Shown here in pieces: positions 1-12,000 of a DNA stretch of 64,000 nt; position 1 is the stretch's first letter; each line of letters starts with the position of its first letter. Origin of the DNA: Eledone cirrhosa (Eukaryota); the NCBI GenBank assembly GCA_964016885.1, contig OZ024740.1, forward strand, positions 343,294,001-343,358,000. Direction: 5' to 3'. Below the pieces are notes generated by a model. That model saw nothing but the letters and a program-made list of their open reading frames with translations. It did not search any database and was not told the origin of the DNA. The position numbers and the translations under genes are program-made.

Positions 1-104
1 ACGTATGTTGTAGCTCTGGTTCGTTAGAATCTATTGAGCGCTTGCCACACATCTCGGAAGTTGTTTTTTGCTAATTTCCAATAGCCGAAATACGATTCTC
101 GGTA

Positions 105-169
<65 letters not shown>

Positions 170-1040
170 ATTTATTTATTTATTTATTTTTTTATTTTTT
201 TACATTCTTATTTTTATGTGTGTGCATGTAAGCGGGTCAACGTGCGTGAGTGTATGTATGTGTGTGTGTGTGTGTGTGTACGTATTGCATGTATGGATGT
301 GTATGTGTGCGTATGTATATATATATATATATTTATGTGTGTGTATATGTGTGTGTGTATACAGTCGCGTACGTACGTGTGATTAGATATACATGGGGCG
401 ATGTGTATGTATATATATATGTGCATCCTGTGTGTGTATGTACGCTTGCATACGCTTTTGTCTGCACGTATTGCGTGTATATATATATATATATTTATAG
501 ATATATGTTTCTTATAGATATATGTGTATGTACGCGTGTACCTTGTTTGTTTTCTTTTCTTTACTTTGCAATTTTTTCTTTCTAAATTATTGTTCCATTT
601 TTATAAATATATCGGGAATGATATTTTCTTTTTATTATTATACTCCCTTACCTCTTTTTCTTCCGCATATAAGTGTACGCGCGTGTGTGTGTGTTTATAC
701 GCGTGCCTTCATATTCTTATAATGTATCTAATACCCTTTTTCTGTGTACCTGTCAACCAGACACTCATATCATGTCTGTGTCTGTGGTTACACATACAGA
801 TATACTTGCCTCATACATATATTTACGCACACATTTTCACTATACACACACATTTGTACATACATACATATGTACATCTGTGAGTGTATATACATACATA
901 TACACACACCTAACTATATTTCCTTAAACATTTTTTTAATATATTTTATATGTCTATTGTATTACCTTTATCTATATATATATAATTTTTTTTGCATTTC
1001 TTGAGGGGACTTTCCAAATATTTCACTATGTTTTATATTG

Positions 1041-1110
1041 CCTCGTCCGACGAACGAATGAAGACGTTGCTTTCGTATTCGTCTTATTCGGGAAACCACT
1101 GGTAATGAGG
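1041..1110 (+). ncRNA. Type I hammerhead ribozyme-like motif (Penelope-type, degenerate core)
   Basis: Reads cctcgt-CCGACGA-a-cgaat..attcg-g-GAAA-ccactgg-TA-atgagg. Stem I (cctcgt/atgagg) and stem II (cgaat/attcg, extended by aagacg/cgtctt) pair, and stem III is near-palindromic. The core has one change from CUGANGA. Confidence 0.6.
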
Positions 1111-1159
1111 TAATTATATTGTATTGTTTTTTATACATTATATATATATATACAATATA

Positions 1160-1659
1160 TTGAAAAGGTAACACACTAGAGAAAGATAGTGCGCCATCAA
1201 TAAAACAGGGAAAAACCACCAGTGTATGGAATCTATAACCTATGAAAGGCAGGGTAGACAGACGATAATTAAAAATGTAAATTAAAGTGTAAATACATAC
1301 CTCTATAACTATATATCACACGAACAAATCCAAAGAGATCTGTTTCGCCAATAAGTTGTTGACAGAAATGAAATAGTCCATGGTTCATCAGCGTGTGTAA
1401 GGCTATACATTTCAGACAACTCTAAGAGAATTTAAAGCGACCGTCCAGCTACACGTGGGAGAGAGAAGTCACAGCGTGTTTAGGGCATTGGATTTGTACG
1501 TGTGTTATATAGTTATAGAGGTATGTATTTACACTTTAATTTATATTTTTAATTATCGTGTGTCTACCCTGCCTTTCATAGGTTATAGATTCCATATACT
1601 GGTGGTTTCCCTGTTTTATTGATGGCGCACTATCTCCCTCTAGTGTGTTACCTTTTCAA
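1160..1659. mobile_element. Inverted-repeat element (~155-bp arms, ~190-bp spacer), probable Penelope-like pseudo-LTR relic
   Basis: ~1160-1315 (gaaaaggtaacacactagag...cctctataactatat) is the near-perfect reverse complement of ~1508-1659. The spacer carries a hammerhead, and the element lies among (TA)n tracts. Confidence 0.75.
1317..1397 (-). ncRNA. Type I hammerhead ribozyme with intact catalytic core
   Basis: The minus strand reads cacacg-CTGATGA-a-cca...tgg-c-GAAA-cagatc(tctttg)gatttg-TT-cgtgtg. Stems I and III each have 6 bp, and the cleavage triplet is GUU. Confidence 0.8.
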
Positions 1660-1748
1660 CAAATTGTATTTCAAAGAGCTTAGGATTCCTTCTCCTTCGA
1701 GCACATTATTGACAGGGAATAGCGAGAGCTATGGCTCCGTTAATTTAT

Positions 1749-1833
<85 letters not shown>

Positions 1834-1914
1834 AACCTAATACTAACACTTTGTACTGCACTTTTTGTTATTGTTTTTGTTTTCTGTTTTAACTTATATA
1901 TATATATATATAAA

Positions 1915-1951
1915 ACTTTTGAGAAGCTGTTACAAGCGAAACTGGTCAAGT
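1915..1951 (+). ncRNA. Degenerate minimal hammerhead motif
   Basis: actt-TTGAGAA-gct(gttaca)agc-GAAA-ctgg-TC-aagt. Stems I and II pair; the core has two transitions. Confidence 0.45.
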
Positions 1952-2046
1952 ACAAAAGTGCACAGACTATTATTCTGTACAAAAACATTTCTTTCGTTGT
2001 CTTTCGTGTTCTTATCATTTTTCATATATATATGTATATATATATA

Positions 2047-2138
<92 letters not shown>

Positions 2139-2317
2139 TGTGTCTCTCTCTCTCTGTATATATATATATATATATATATATTGTTATGCTTTGGGAGGGT
2201 CATGTTGCCAATAAGAAACACACGCACCAGTTGCTTTCACTTCAATTTATTATAAATTAAATTTATAAATTTCCGGTTGGTTGGTTGGTTCCACAACCAG
2301 ACGATTGTTCATATATT

Positions 2318-2360
2318 GTTAAAGTTCTTTCGTCACACATTATGTGACCTCTTCAGTGAC
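2318..2360 (-). ncRNA. Degenerate minimal hammerhead motif
   Basis: The minus strand reads gtca-CTGAAGA-g-gtcaca(taatg)tgtgac-GAAA-gaac-TT-taac. Stem II is a perfect 6 bp; stems I and III have mismatches. Confidence 0.5.
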
Positions 2361-2422
2361 TGGGGTTTCTTTTCTTTGTTTTTATGCCTCTCCTTTGTTC
2401 TGTCCTACGCCATCTTGTTTTT

Positions 2423-2471
<49 letters not shown>

Positions 2472-2563
2472 TATTGAAGGTGTAAATTAATTGCGTCCGT
2501 AAGGTGTGTGTCGAATGAGCACTCGATGCTCTTGGGGAGCAAAGTATCAATAATATTAATATA

Positions 2564-2770
2564 TAAGGGAACAAGGAATCAGTGTTGCATCATACTCATA
2601 TTTAATTACACATTACATATGTTTCACTGTTAACACATATCTGAGGAGATTCCGATTCCAGAGTCAAGTTTGATCATTAATATATCGTTCCTCGAGCTGA
2701 TCGACAGTGAAACATATGTAATATATAATTAATTATGGATATGAGCAACACTGATTTTATTTTTCCTTAT
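2564..2770. mobile_element. Short inverted-repeat element with hammerhead-like core (Penelope-like relic)
   Basis: Arms aatcagtgttgc...ttacatatgtttcactgt and acagtgaaacatatgtaa...gcaacactgatt. The motif atat-CTGAGGA...GAAA-catatg-TA-atat (2637-2724) has a palindromic stem III. Confidence 0.55.
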
Positions 2771-3314
2771 TTATATATATATTATATATATATATATGTC
2801 TCATTGATTGTATCACCATTAGTAATTTATACATCTCTTAGCGTCACCCGCCTGCAACTACCAAGGAATCTCTCTAGTATGCATAACCCAAACATCAACC
2901 TAATACTCTTATTATGTAATTAAATAATTATGTCTATCTAATAGCCGAAGTTCCCACACCATTCAACTGAATATTTGATTTTAGTTTCTTCAAACCAATG
3001 CAGAGTGTGCTACAACTGCTTATTATCCAAGCTAGATGTAAACAAATTCGTTAACGCACGAATTCATCCCCCTCATTAATTATTATTTACTTTTGATTCA
3101 AATATTTGAAATGTATAACTTGCAATTTACTGACTTGAAATAAAGTACTTTAAAATCTATGAAAGGCTTTATCTCAAATCGTATAAATTCAACAGATACC
3201 CGATTCGATTCTACACATTAAGCTTAATGAAAACTTAGTTTGGAAATATTTTCAAAGTTTTGAAAATGTTGCTATTATTTCTAACTGCGTTTTTAATATC
3301 TATTAAAAAGCGAA

Positions 3315-3650
3315 TTGGTAGAGCTGTTTCAACGTCGGATAGAATGTATTGTTGTATTCATTCTGGCTGTCTGAATTCTGATTTCAACTACTACTGAGGT
3401 TACTTTGCCTTTCAAACTTTCGAGGTCGTTAAAAAAAGTACCCGTCTAATACTGGAGTCGATTCTATATCTCTTTCTCACCCCCCCCCCGTCTCTCTTTC
3501 TGGAAGAAATCTGTGGGTCAAAACCTAGAGAGAAGATCGGCTCCGCCATGTTTAAAAATGTCCAAGAAACACCGTATGTCAATACGGTGTCCCTTTGACA
3601 CTACCAGGGATTACGTGTTCATACACAAATAAAACAGATACTAACGTTTT
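3315..3650 (+). mobile_element. SINE copy (shared body, long 'ctggaagaaatctg' tail)
   Basis: Body gaggttactttgcctttca...gtcg..aaaaagtacc matches the other copies; the tail is shared with 4085-4225 and 34960-35070. Confidence 0.6.
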
Positions 3651-3889
3651 TCTTTTCTTTCTCATAATACTGCTAAAATGTATAACTCCACTTTCTTTCC
3701 ATTTCTGTCTTCTATCTAATTTGTTTCGTATAGCCTCTCAGTCCAAACATTAACAGCTATATATAAACTTTACTTTAACCTCTCTAATCCTTATTTAGAC
3801 AACTCACTAGAAGAAACCAGGAGTCCTTTGAACAGTAATAAAGCATTTGTTCCGGCTATTGTAAAGAGATTTTTTGTACTATGCTATTT

Positions 3890-4225
3890 TATAGACTGGT
3901 TTAGACGTCAGATAGAATGTTTTTTAGTATTCATTTCGGCTCTCTGCTCTCTGAGTTCAAATCCCGCCGAGGTCTACTTTGCCTTTCATCCATTCATGGT
4001 CGATAGAAAAAGTACCAGACAAGTACTGAGGACGATTATTCCTCTATATCTCTTTCTCACTTCCTTTCTCTACTCTTTCTATCCTTCTCTGGAAGAAATC
4101 TGCTCTATACAGACCTGGAGAGGAGATGGACTCTCCAGGTTTTAAAAAAAATGCCCCAGAAACTCTGTATGTCAATATGGCGCCCCTACGACTCCTTACG
4201 AGTTACGGATCCATACAATACTATA
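3890..4225 (+). mobile_element. SINE copy with B-box (long tail type)
   Basis: gagttcaaatcccgccgaggtctactttgcctttcatcc...gtcgatagaaaaagtaccag; GTTCAAATC fits the Pol III B-box. Confidence 0.7.
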
Positions 4226-4493
4226 TAGCTCTGTATGCTAATTTTTTAAAATTATTTTCCGAAAAAAGAATCATTGCCGTATAGAATCAGATTAAATACC
4301 ATGGTATTTGTTCGGAGAGATCTGAAAGTTCTCGGTTCAATCATCACTGGAAAAGAGGCAACATTTTTCCAAGAGTTGTCACTGGTATGTAGCAACAGCA
4401 AGGGAAAGACAAATGGGAAAGACAAATGGGACTGGGTTTCATTAGTCCGATCCGGCGATCAATGTCTTTCTTCCTTTCTTTCTTTATTTATTT

Positions 4494-4516
4494 ACACACG
4501 CACACACACGCACACA

Positions 4517-4582
<66 letters not shown>

Positions 4583-4791
4583 GACACACACACACACACA
4601 CACACACACAATGACACACACACACACACACACATACACACACACACACACACAGACAAACACACACACACATACATACGTCTTTCTTTATTTACACACA
4701 CACATACACATACACATACATACGTACACACACACACACACACATACATACGTCTTTCTTTATTTACACACACACATACACATACATACGT

Positions 4792-4828
<37 letters not shown>
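4494..4828. repeat. (CA)n/(TA)n compound microsatellite
   Basis: Directly visible; includes a duplicated cgtctttctttatttacac spacer. Confidence 0.95.
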
Positions 4829-4829
4829 A

Positions 4830-5254
4830 TGTCAGATCGCTCTCGAGTGCTAATGGTGACATGTAACCCAGTACAACCCGTCCCATGGTCGGGTCGTCGG
4901 TGACTAAACCGGCAACCCCACCAAGCAAGCTTGGTGATATTTGGACACCCTGCGGGAGGAAATACAAGACCCGGCAAAGGGTGGAGGAACTTAGCAGAGT
5001 CAACGGCCATCCAAATAGTATTTATTTATTTTTTTGTTTATTGTATATATTTTTTGTGAGGGCTGTCGTATTTTCCCTGGCAAACATTTCCTCCGAAGAT
5101 ATGTGTCCCCAGTTCCAAAAAGTGTGGTTGGTCCTACACAAGCCTACACCCCTTAAAACAAAACGTTGTGTGGGTAGTTCAACATCAGTTCACTTTATCG
5201 CATTTAACTTTTGTTGGACACTCATACGTCGGATATCGACAGGAGAGTCCATCA
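4830..5254. mobile_element. Possible solo LTR inserted in (TA)n
   Basis: A 425-bp complex, GC-richer block with TGT...TCA ends, flanked by (TA)n, with AATAAA on the minus strand. No clean TSD. Confidence 0.3.
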
Positions 5255-5471
5255 TATATATATATATATATATACGAAATATTCAAACACACATGCATAT
5301 ATATACATACATAGTCGTTTGTAAGTGTAAGTGTGCATGCATACTTCATTTCTTTGGATTGATAGTTTATTTACAATATCGAATGTTAACTTTTTCTAAT
5401 ACGGGACGAAATATTTACATTACATAGCTTTATTTAAATATTCAATAAACTGCTTGCCGATACTGTTTTGT

Positions 5472-5514
<43 letters not shown>

Positions 5515-5824
5515 TTCCTAACTCTGTTTTTATTGTAGTTAAATATTTATGCATTTTGAATATAGATATAGCAATTTATATATTTAAAAAAATAATAAAT
5601 GTTTCACATATATTTTTGCTTTTACTTCAATTCTAATATCGGAATAATCTCTACATATTTACTTTCATGGCACCGACTTGTACAACATCAAAACAGAGCC
5701 TAAGGAGGAACCATTACACATTTTTAATACATAATACACACATACACAAATAACACACATATGTATATACACGCCCCCCTCACACACATATATACACATA
5801 TGCATATGCATACACACATACATG

Positions 5825-5866
<42 letters not shown>

Positions 5867-5994
5867 CTATCTCTCTATGTATCTATATTTACATACATAC
5901 GTATATAAATACATACATACATACACACACACATATATACATACACACACACACATATATATATATATATACATACATACCTACATACATACAT

Positions 5995-6080
<86 letters not shown>

Positions 6081-6123
6081 TCACATACACACTTTACACA
6101 CGTATGCATATGCTGCACACACA

Positions 6124-6170
<47 letters not shown>

Positions 6171-6794
6171 GCAAATATGCAAACGTGCACAAACACATAC
6201 ACATACACACTCACACATACATATTTAATTTATATATGTATTTGAATGTGTAATAATATATAGTAATTTTTTTTTTTGCATTCATAATGTTTAGAAATAT
6301 ACACACATCTCAGAAGATGGTTCTTACGATGAACGAATAACTAAATAAATACAATACAATACTTCATTTATTTAAAAATTATTTATTTGTTCATTTAACT
6401 CCCTCCCGTCATTAAAAAACATTTCCTTGAAACGTTTTCCATCAAAGACGTTTTATGTGAAGCAGAAAAACTACAAACTAAAACATCAAACACATATACA
6501 CATGTACTTGGTTACGCACACACTCACATGCACACAAACACATACACACATACACATGCACACATACACACACACACACAAACACAAACACATACACACA
6601 TACACACGCACACACACACACAAACACACACACACTCATAGATATATATATACCAATCCATTTGCACATAAATACACATATGAAATTTATATATATTAAA
6701 GTAATACAGGCGAGAATTAGGAATTAGCATATAGTGAAGTATGGATGTAACACTAAACGAAATAGAATAAACGTATTTCGTGCATATATATATA

Positions 6795-6897
<103 letters not shown>

Positions 6898-7233
6898 CAT
6901 TGAAAAAGAGAAAGAGACAGAAAGGGAAAGAGGGTGAGAGAGTAACGAAAATTTGATGCTTGAATAGAAAATACGTCTATATTAGAAAACGTGTTTCTAA
7001 TACATATTGACTCACATCTATCTATCTATCTTGATAGAGTAAGACACGCTTCGCATCGGCTCCGCTATTCCATCGGGATTTACCCTTGCTATTGTAAGTA
7101 CCGGATAAATTTTTTAGTGCAACACATTTGGAACACTAACCCCTGTTATTTAGGGAAACATTTTTGCATTTACCCCCTTTTTAGGGGGTAAAATAAATAT
7201 CTATTTTTGCCGAAAAATTTCTTTCTTGGCAGC

Positions 7234-9069
7234 ATGGCGGAAAAGATGGCAGACATGTCTGCCATTAGCTCTGCCACGCCCCCCAAGTCTGAAGAACAAA
7301 AAATAATTACAACAAAATTAGACATTGAAACAAACAAACAAAATGAAAAAACAAATGTTAAGGAAAATGAGCAAACAGAAAACAAACAAACAGAAAATAA
7401 TACAAATAACGACAGGGCAACTTTCGCCCAGAAAACAAAGCAATCCATTACATACACACCAATTGACCTAACTGCCGCCAGAGAAAAACTGGCCGAAGCA
7501 AAGAAACATATTGTTTTGGGGGAAAACGGAATGTTTTCCATTAACTCCCCCCCAGAATTCAAGAAAGCCAGAGCAGAAAACACAGTTATATACAGAACTA
7601 TACTAAACCAGTCAAGAAAGCCAGCACAGCCCAGCCAAATGGAAATAGAGTTAGTCCTAAAAGACTATATGAAGAATATTCTCTTCATACGAAAGGACCG
7701 ACTCTATGGCAGCATTTCGGTCCTAACAAGAGACAAAGAAACGGCGGTTCAGCTTTCCCTAAGCCCACTCTCGTCGACAACATATAGCTTCTATCCCTCC
7801 TACATGGGTAGAAGAACTCAGAGAATAAAAGTAAAAACAATGCTGCCCACAATGGACTTCTGGTGGGCTATTGCTGGCTTCATTGATATGGGCGAAGACA
7901 CTATGCTGTCAATGGGGAAGGCAACTGGAGATGCGTTCCTGGGAATGGGCCTCGACATACTAGTCCAAATGAGGCCCGAAAGAATAGCACAAATCCCGGA
8001 TCGCATCTGGCTGGATGACCTTACCCCAATAGACATAATTGTAGAGGGGAGAAGACCAGCATGCTATTTATGCATGGAAAGGGGACACGTTAAGGCTAAC
8101 TGCCCGAAACGTATCCCCCAAAAAGGACTATTGCCCACACCCACCACAAACAGTACACCAGCACCACCCACCTCCAAAAATACACTAATACCACACACAG
8201 CAAACAAAATACAGACACCACCAACCACAAACACAACACAAACATCACCACCACCAGCACCAAACACAAGCACGACACAAAAATCACCACCACCAACCAC
8301 AACACAAACATCACCACCACCATTACCAACCACAAGCACGACACAAACATTACCACCACCACCACCACAAAACCCATTCCAAACAAATAATAAAAAAAAC
8401 AGTAACAAATCTACCCCTCCCGCAAAAAAAAAACAACCACACAACACGTCCCTCCCACCTAGCGCTGAAGAGTTTCCCCCAACTTCTGAAGAAGAAGGAG
8501 GAGAAGCCTTCAGACAAGTTAAAAGAAAAAAAAGAAAACACACACCCAGCACACCACAAATAACCCACACACAAACACCAACTCCAATCAAAAACACCCC
8601 ACCCTCAACAAACAAAAATAAATCTGCGCCTCCCCTCTCCGAAACATTGACAGCATCACAAAAAAAGACGTTGCAATACACATATATAAATAAAGAAAAC
8701 AAAAAACTGGTTAAATTAATAAACAATAACCCTATGGTGCAGACCGAAGGGCCAAACTTTATCTCAACAGAGAACTTCACCCATTTAAAAATGATAAAGG
8801 TCCCTCTGGACCTTTATCGTTCCTTAAAAGAACAATTTAGACGGGACGTGAGCCCCCCCTGTTTAAAACCGTTGAATCGCGTCCTCTTGAAAGATTTCCC
8901 CATAACCGCCCCTCTCCCTGACACAACTCCAAATACCCCAACCCCACCACACACGTGTACCCCCACACCACCACAAAACATCCCTCCACCCAACACACCT
9001 GATGCCATGGAAATTACGCAACCCGGAGAGGTAAGTGCTTTTCTTTCTTCACTTTCAACACCAAAATAG
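7234..9069 (+). CDS. LINE ORF1 protein (gag-like CCHC zinc knuckle, Pro/Thr-rich linker)
   Basis: Open frame 7207-9069 with first ATG at 7234; CYLCMERGHVKANC knuckle; VEGRRP motif shared with family B ORF1. Confidence 0.9.
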   Translation: MAEKMADMSAISSATPPKSEEQKIITTKLDIETNKQNEKTNVKENEQTENKQTENNTNNDRATFAQKTKQSITYTPIDLTAAREKLAEAKKHIVLGENGMFSINSPPEFKKARAENTVIYRTILNQSRKPAQPSQMEIELVLKDYMKNILFIRKDRLYGSISVLTRDKETAVQLSLSPLSSTTYSFYPSYMGRRTQRIKVKTMLPTMDFWWAIAGFIDMGEDTMLSMGKATGDAFLGMGLDILVQMRPERIAQIPDRIWLDDLTPIDIIVEGRRPACYLCMERGHVKANCPKRIPQKGLLPTPTTNSTPAPPTSKNTLIPHTANKIQTPPTTNTTQTSPPPAPNTSTTQKSPPPTTTQTSPPPLPTTSTTQTLPPPPPQNPFQTNNKKNSNKSTPPAKKKQPHNTSLPPSAEEFPPTSEEEGGEAFRQVKRKKRKHTPSTPQITHTQTPTPIKNTPPSTNKNKSAPPLSETLTASQKKTLQYTYINKENKKLVKLINNNPMVQTEGPNFISTENFTHLKMIKVPLDLYRSLKEQFRRDVSPPCLKPLNRVLLKDFPITAPLPDTTPNTPTPPHTCTPTPPQNIPPPNTPDAMEITQPGEVSAFLSSLSTPK

Positions 9070-12000
9070 ATCAATTGAGAGTTGGCTGTTTGAACGCGCG
9101 TGGCCTGAGCTCAGCTTGGAAGCAAGCAAAGCTTCTAAGTGACCTCAGGTCACAAAGTATAGATGTGATGGTTGTTTGCGAGAGTCGGATCAGCAGCGTG
9201 AGACAGCTGGCGCCCGCCTTCGATGACTTTGAGATGCACGCATCTCTCTGTCAACCCGGAGGCGGGGGGGGAGTTGCCGTACTGCTGGATAAACGTCTGA
9301 CTCTCGACGTACAGATTGTTCACTCGGACCCGGGGGGTCGATTACTGGTGCTGGACGTCGGAGGTGGTGAAGGCGGGGCTTTCAGACTGGTCGGTCTTTA
9401 TGCTCCCTTCGGGGCGGAGAGAGCCGACTTCTTCCAACGTCTGGAGACTTTTCTAGGAACGTCGCGTTCCCTGCTTTTAGTGGGGGACTGGAATGGAATC
9501 CTAGATGCGCGTTGGGACTATGCAGGGGCATGTCCCGATAGAGGGGGGTGTAGCAGCCTCAAGGGGTTACTCGATCGATTCGACCTGGTCGATAGATTTC
9601 GACTAGATTGTCCAACTGCGCCAACCTGGACCTGGGCAAACCGCAGTGGACAATCTAGATCGTACCTAGATAGGTTTTTGGTTAGGAGTAAGGATAGGGA
9701 CGTATTTAGTTGTCCAGAACTGATCATGGTTGGCTATTCAGATCACAAATTAGTGACCTGCGTGGTCAACCTTGATAGAACGCATAGACAGGGTCCCGGT
9801 TACTGGAAGATGAACTTGTCCTTACCGACAAAGAAAGATTACAGAAACCGGATTAGTAGCTTAGTTAAGATGCGGTTGACGGGAGCGATCGTCAACAGCA
9901 GGTGGTGGGTATCTCTAAAGAGAGAGATTAGAGTAAGTTCGATAGGTTACAGTAAGGAACTAGCGGCAAATAGAAATAGGAGGGAAAGGGAGTTAACAGA
10001 TAAACTAGAAGAGGCGATTAGGAGCGGAGACGTAGCCAGAGTGTTAGCGACGAGAACGGCATTGAGCCAGTTCTTTGACGCGAAGCACGAAGGCTGCGTT
10101 GTCCGAAGTAAAATACGTGCTTTAGGAAACGAGGGGACCAAAGCTGTTAGCTGGGCCCGCGTGACAGAAGCCAAGAGTGGGATTAAATCCACCATTCGGT
10201 CTTTGCGAGACCAGGATGGACGGGTGATCCTTGAACCTGAGCGAATGTGCGAGACCTTTCAAAGGCACTTTGCTCGACTGTTCGGAGGTGGCGGGGGGCC
10301 GGACGGGGATGTGGACTTCGGTCCATACCTCGACGGTCTACCGCGTCTTTCGAGCGGCGAAGCGGAGTGCTGCGAAGGGCCAATCACAGCCACTGAAATC
10401 GGGGAAGCGCTCAGCCAATACAGCAGACGCAAATCCCCGGGTCTCGATGGTCTACCATACGAACTTTATTTAGCTATGCCGGTCTTGTTCTCCGAACTCC
10501 TCGAGGCTGTCTATTGCAACTGGCAACAGAACGGGAGAATTCCCTGTTCTGTGACCAAGGGCGTGGTCACGCTAGTGAGGAAGGACGAGAGCAAGGGGGA
10601 CGACTTAAGTAACTTTAGGCCCATAACTCTGCTGAATGCAGAGTTACAGATTTTGGCCAAGGTGTTGACGAAGAGGTTGGCGCTTGTGGTGGGTGGTTTG
10701 GTGGGAGACGCGCAGACATGCGCTATCCCGTCCAGGTCCATTCACGACAACCTCCACCTCATGCGATACATCATAGAGAGGGTTGGCTACGAACCCGGCT
10801 TTGGTGGGGCCCTGATCAACTTGGATCAATCTAAGGCGTTCGATAGGGTCGACCATGGTTACCTGGATGCGGTGCTAGCGGCGGCGGGCTTCGGACCCGT
10901 TTTCAGGGGCTGGATTTCTGCCATGCACAGTGGCAACATCTACTCTAGGATTAAAGTAAACGGCTACCTCTCGGAGCCGTTTCAAATCACCCGATCCATC
11001 AGACAGGGGTGCCCCCTCTCCTCCCTTCTGTACGTATTGACTCTCGAGCCACTGCTGCGGAAGTTGGAGTTGCTGCGGGGCATACCCCTGGAACCGGGAT
11101 TGCACAAAGCGGTCTCGGCCTATGCCGACGACGTAACAGTAATGGTGGCGGACGCCTCGGAAATCGGGGCGATCGCCACCCTACTGGAGGAATACGAAAG
11201 GCTGACGGGGGCTAAGCTGAACCAGGACAAGTCGGTCGGTTTGCAACTCGGAACGTGGAGGGGCAAACCGATGCCGTTGGACGGTGTCGTCGGGCGGTGG
11301 ACGGAGGGCCCGGTGAAGCTGCTCGGGGTCTGGTTCGGACCGGACCTCCAGGTGGAGAAGAATTGGGGCGAGGTGACGAGCAGGGTGTTTGCGCTGACCC
11401 AGAAGTGGGCCAAGTGCAAACTATCACTGAAAGGTCGGGCGGAGGTGACGAACGCTTACATAGCGTCCGTCATCTACTACCGCCTGACCGTCGTGCCTTG
11501 CCCCAAGGAAATGCTCACCATCATGGAACGCATGCTCTTCCAGTTCCTCTGGAAGAAGCGGCCTCCCATGGTGAGGAGATCCATCTGCTGCCAGCACCCT
11601 TCGAAAGGAGGGCTGGGTATGCCGTGGCTGTTGATGCGTAGGCACGCATTGAGGCTACGGCATCTACAGGTATTCCTCAACGGTCAGCCGGTGTGGGCCC
11701 CGTTTGTGAGGCGAGCCTTCCCACAGCTCGTCTCGCTCACCGAACTGCAATCCTGGGTGAAGCAAAGACCGAGAAAACTGGGCAACTGGCACACTGAGTG
11801 TGCCCAGGCGCTCACGGCTATCTGGCAAGCGGACCCGACTGTCAGTGGAGAATCCACCTCGACATTCTATAGAGGGTTGGTGGCTAGCAGGGGCGACGAC
11901 ACCCTTGGAGAGTCGCTAGGCATGGAGGAGGACGAACTGGCCAGCCTGTTCGGTAGAACTTTCGGCCCGGGACCCATGGACAACTTCCAGAGGTCCCTAG

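Noticed and set aside
9031-9082. Mini-intron fusing ORF1 to ORF2
   Set aside because: Nearby AGs (9069, 9079, 9081) give only 39-51 nt introns, and none joins ORF1 in frame to ORF2.
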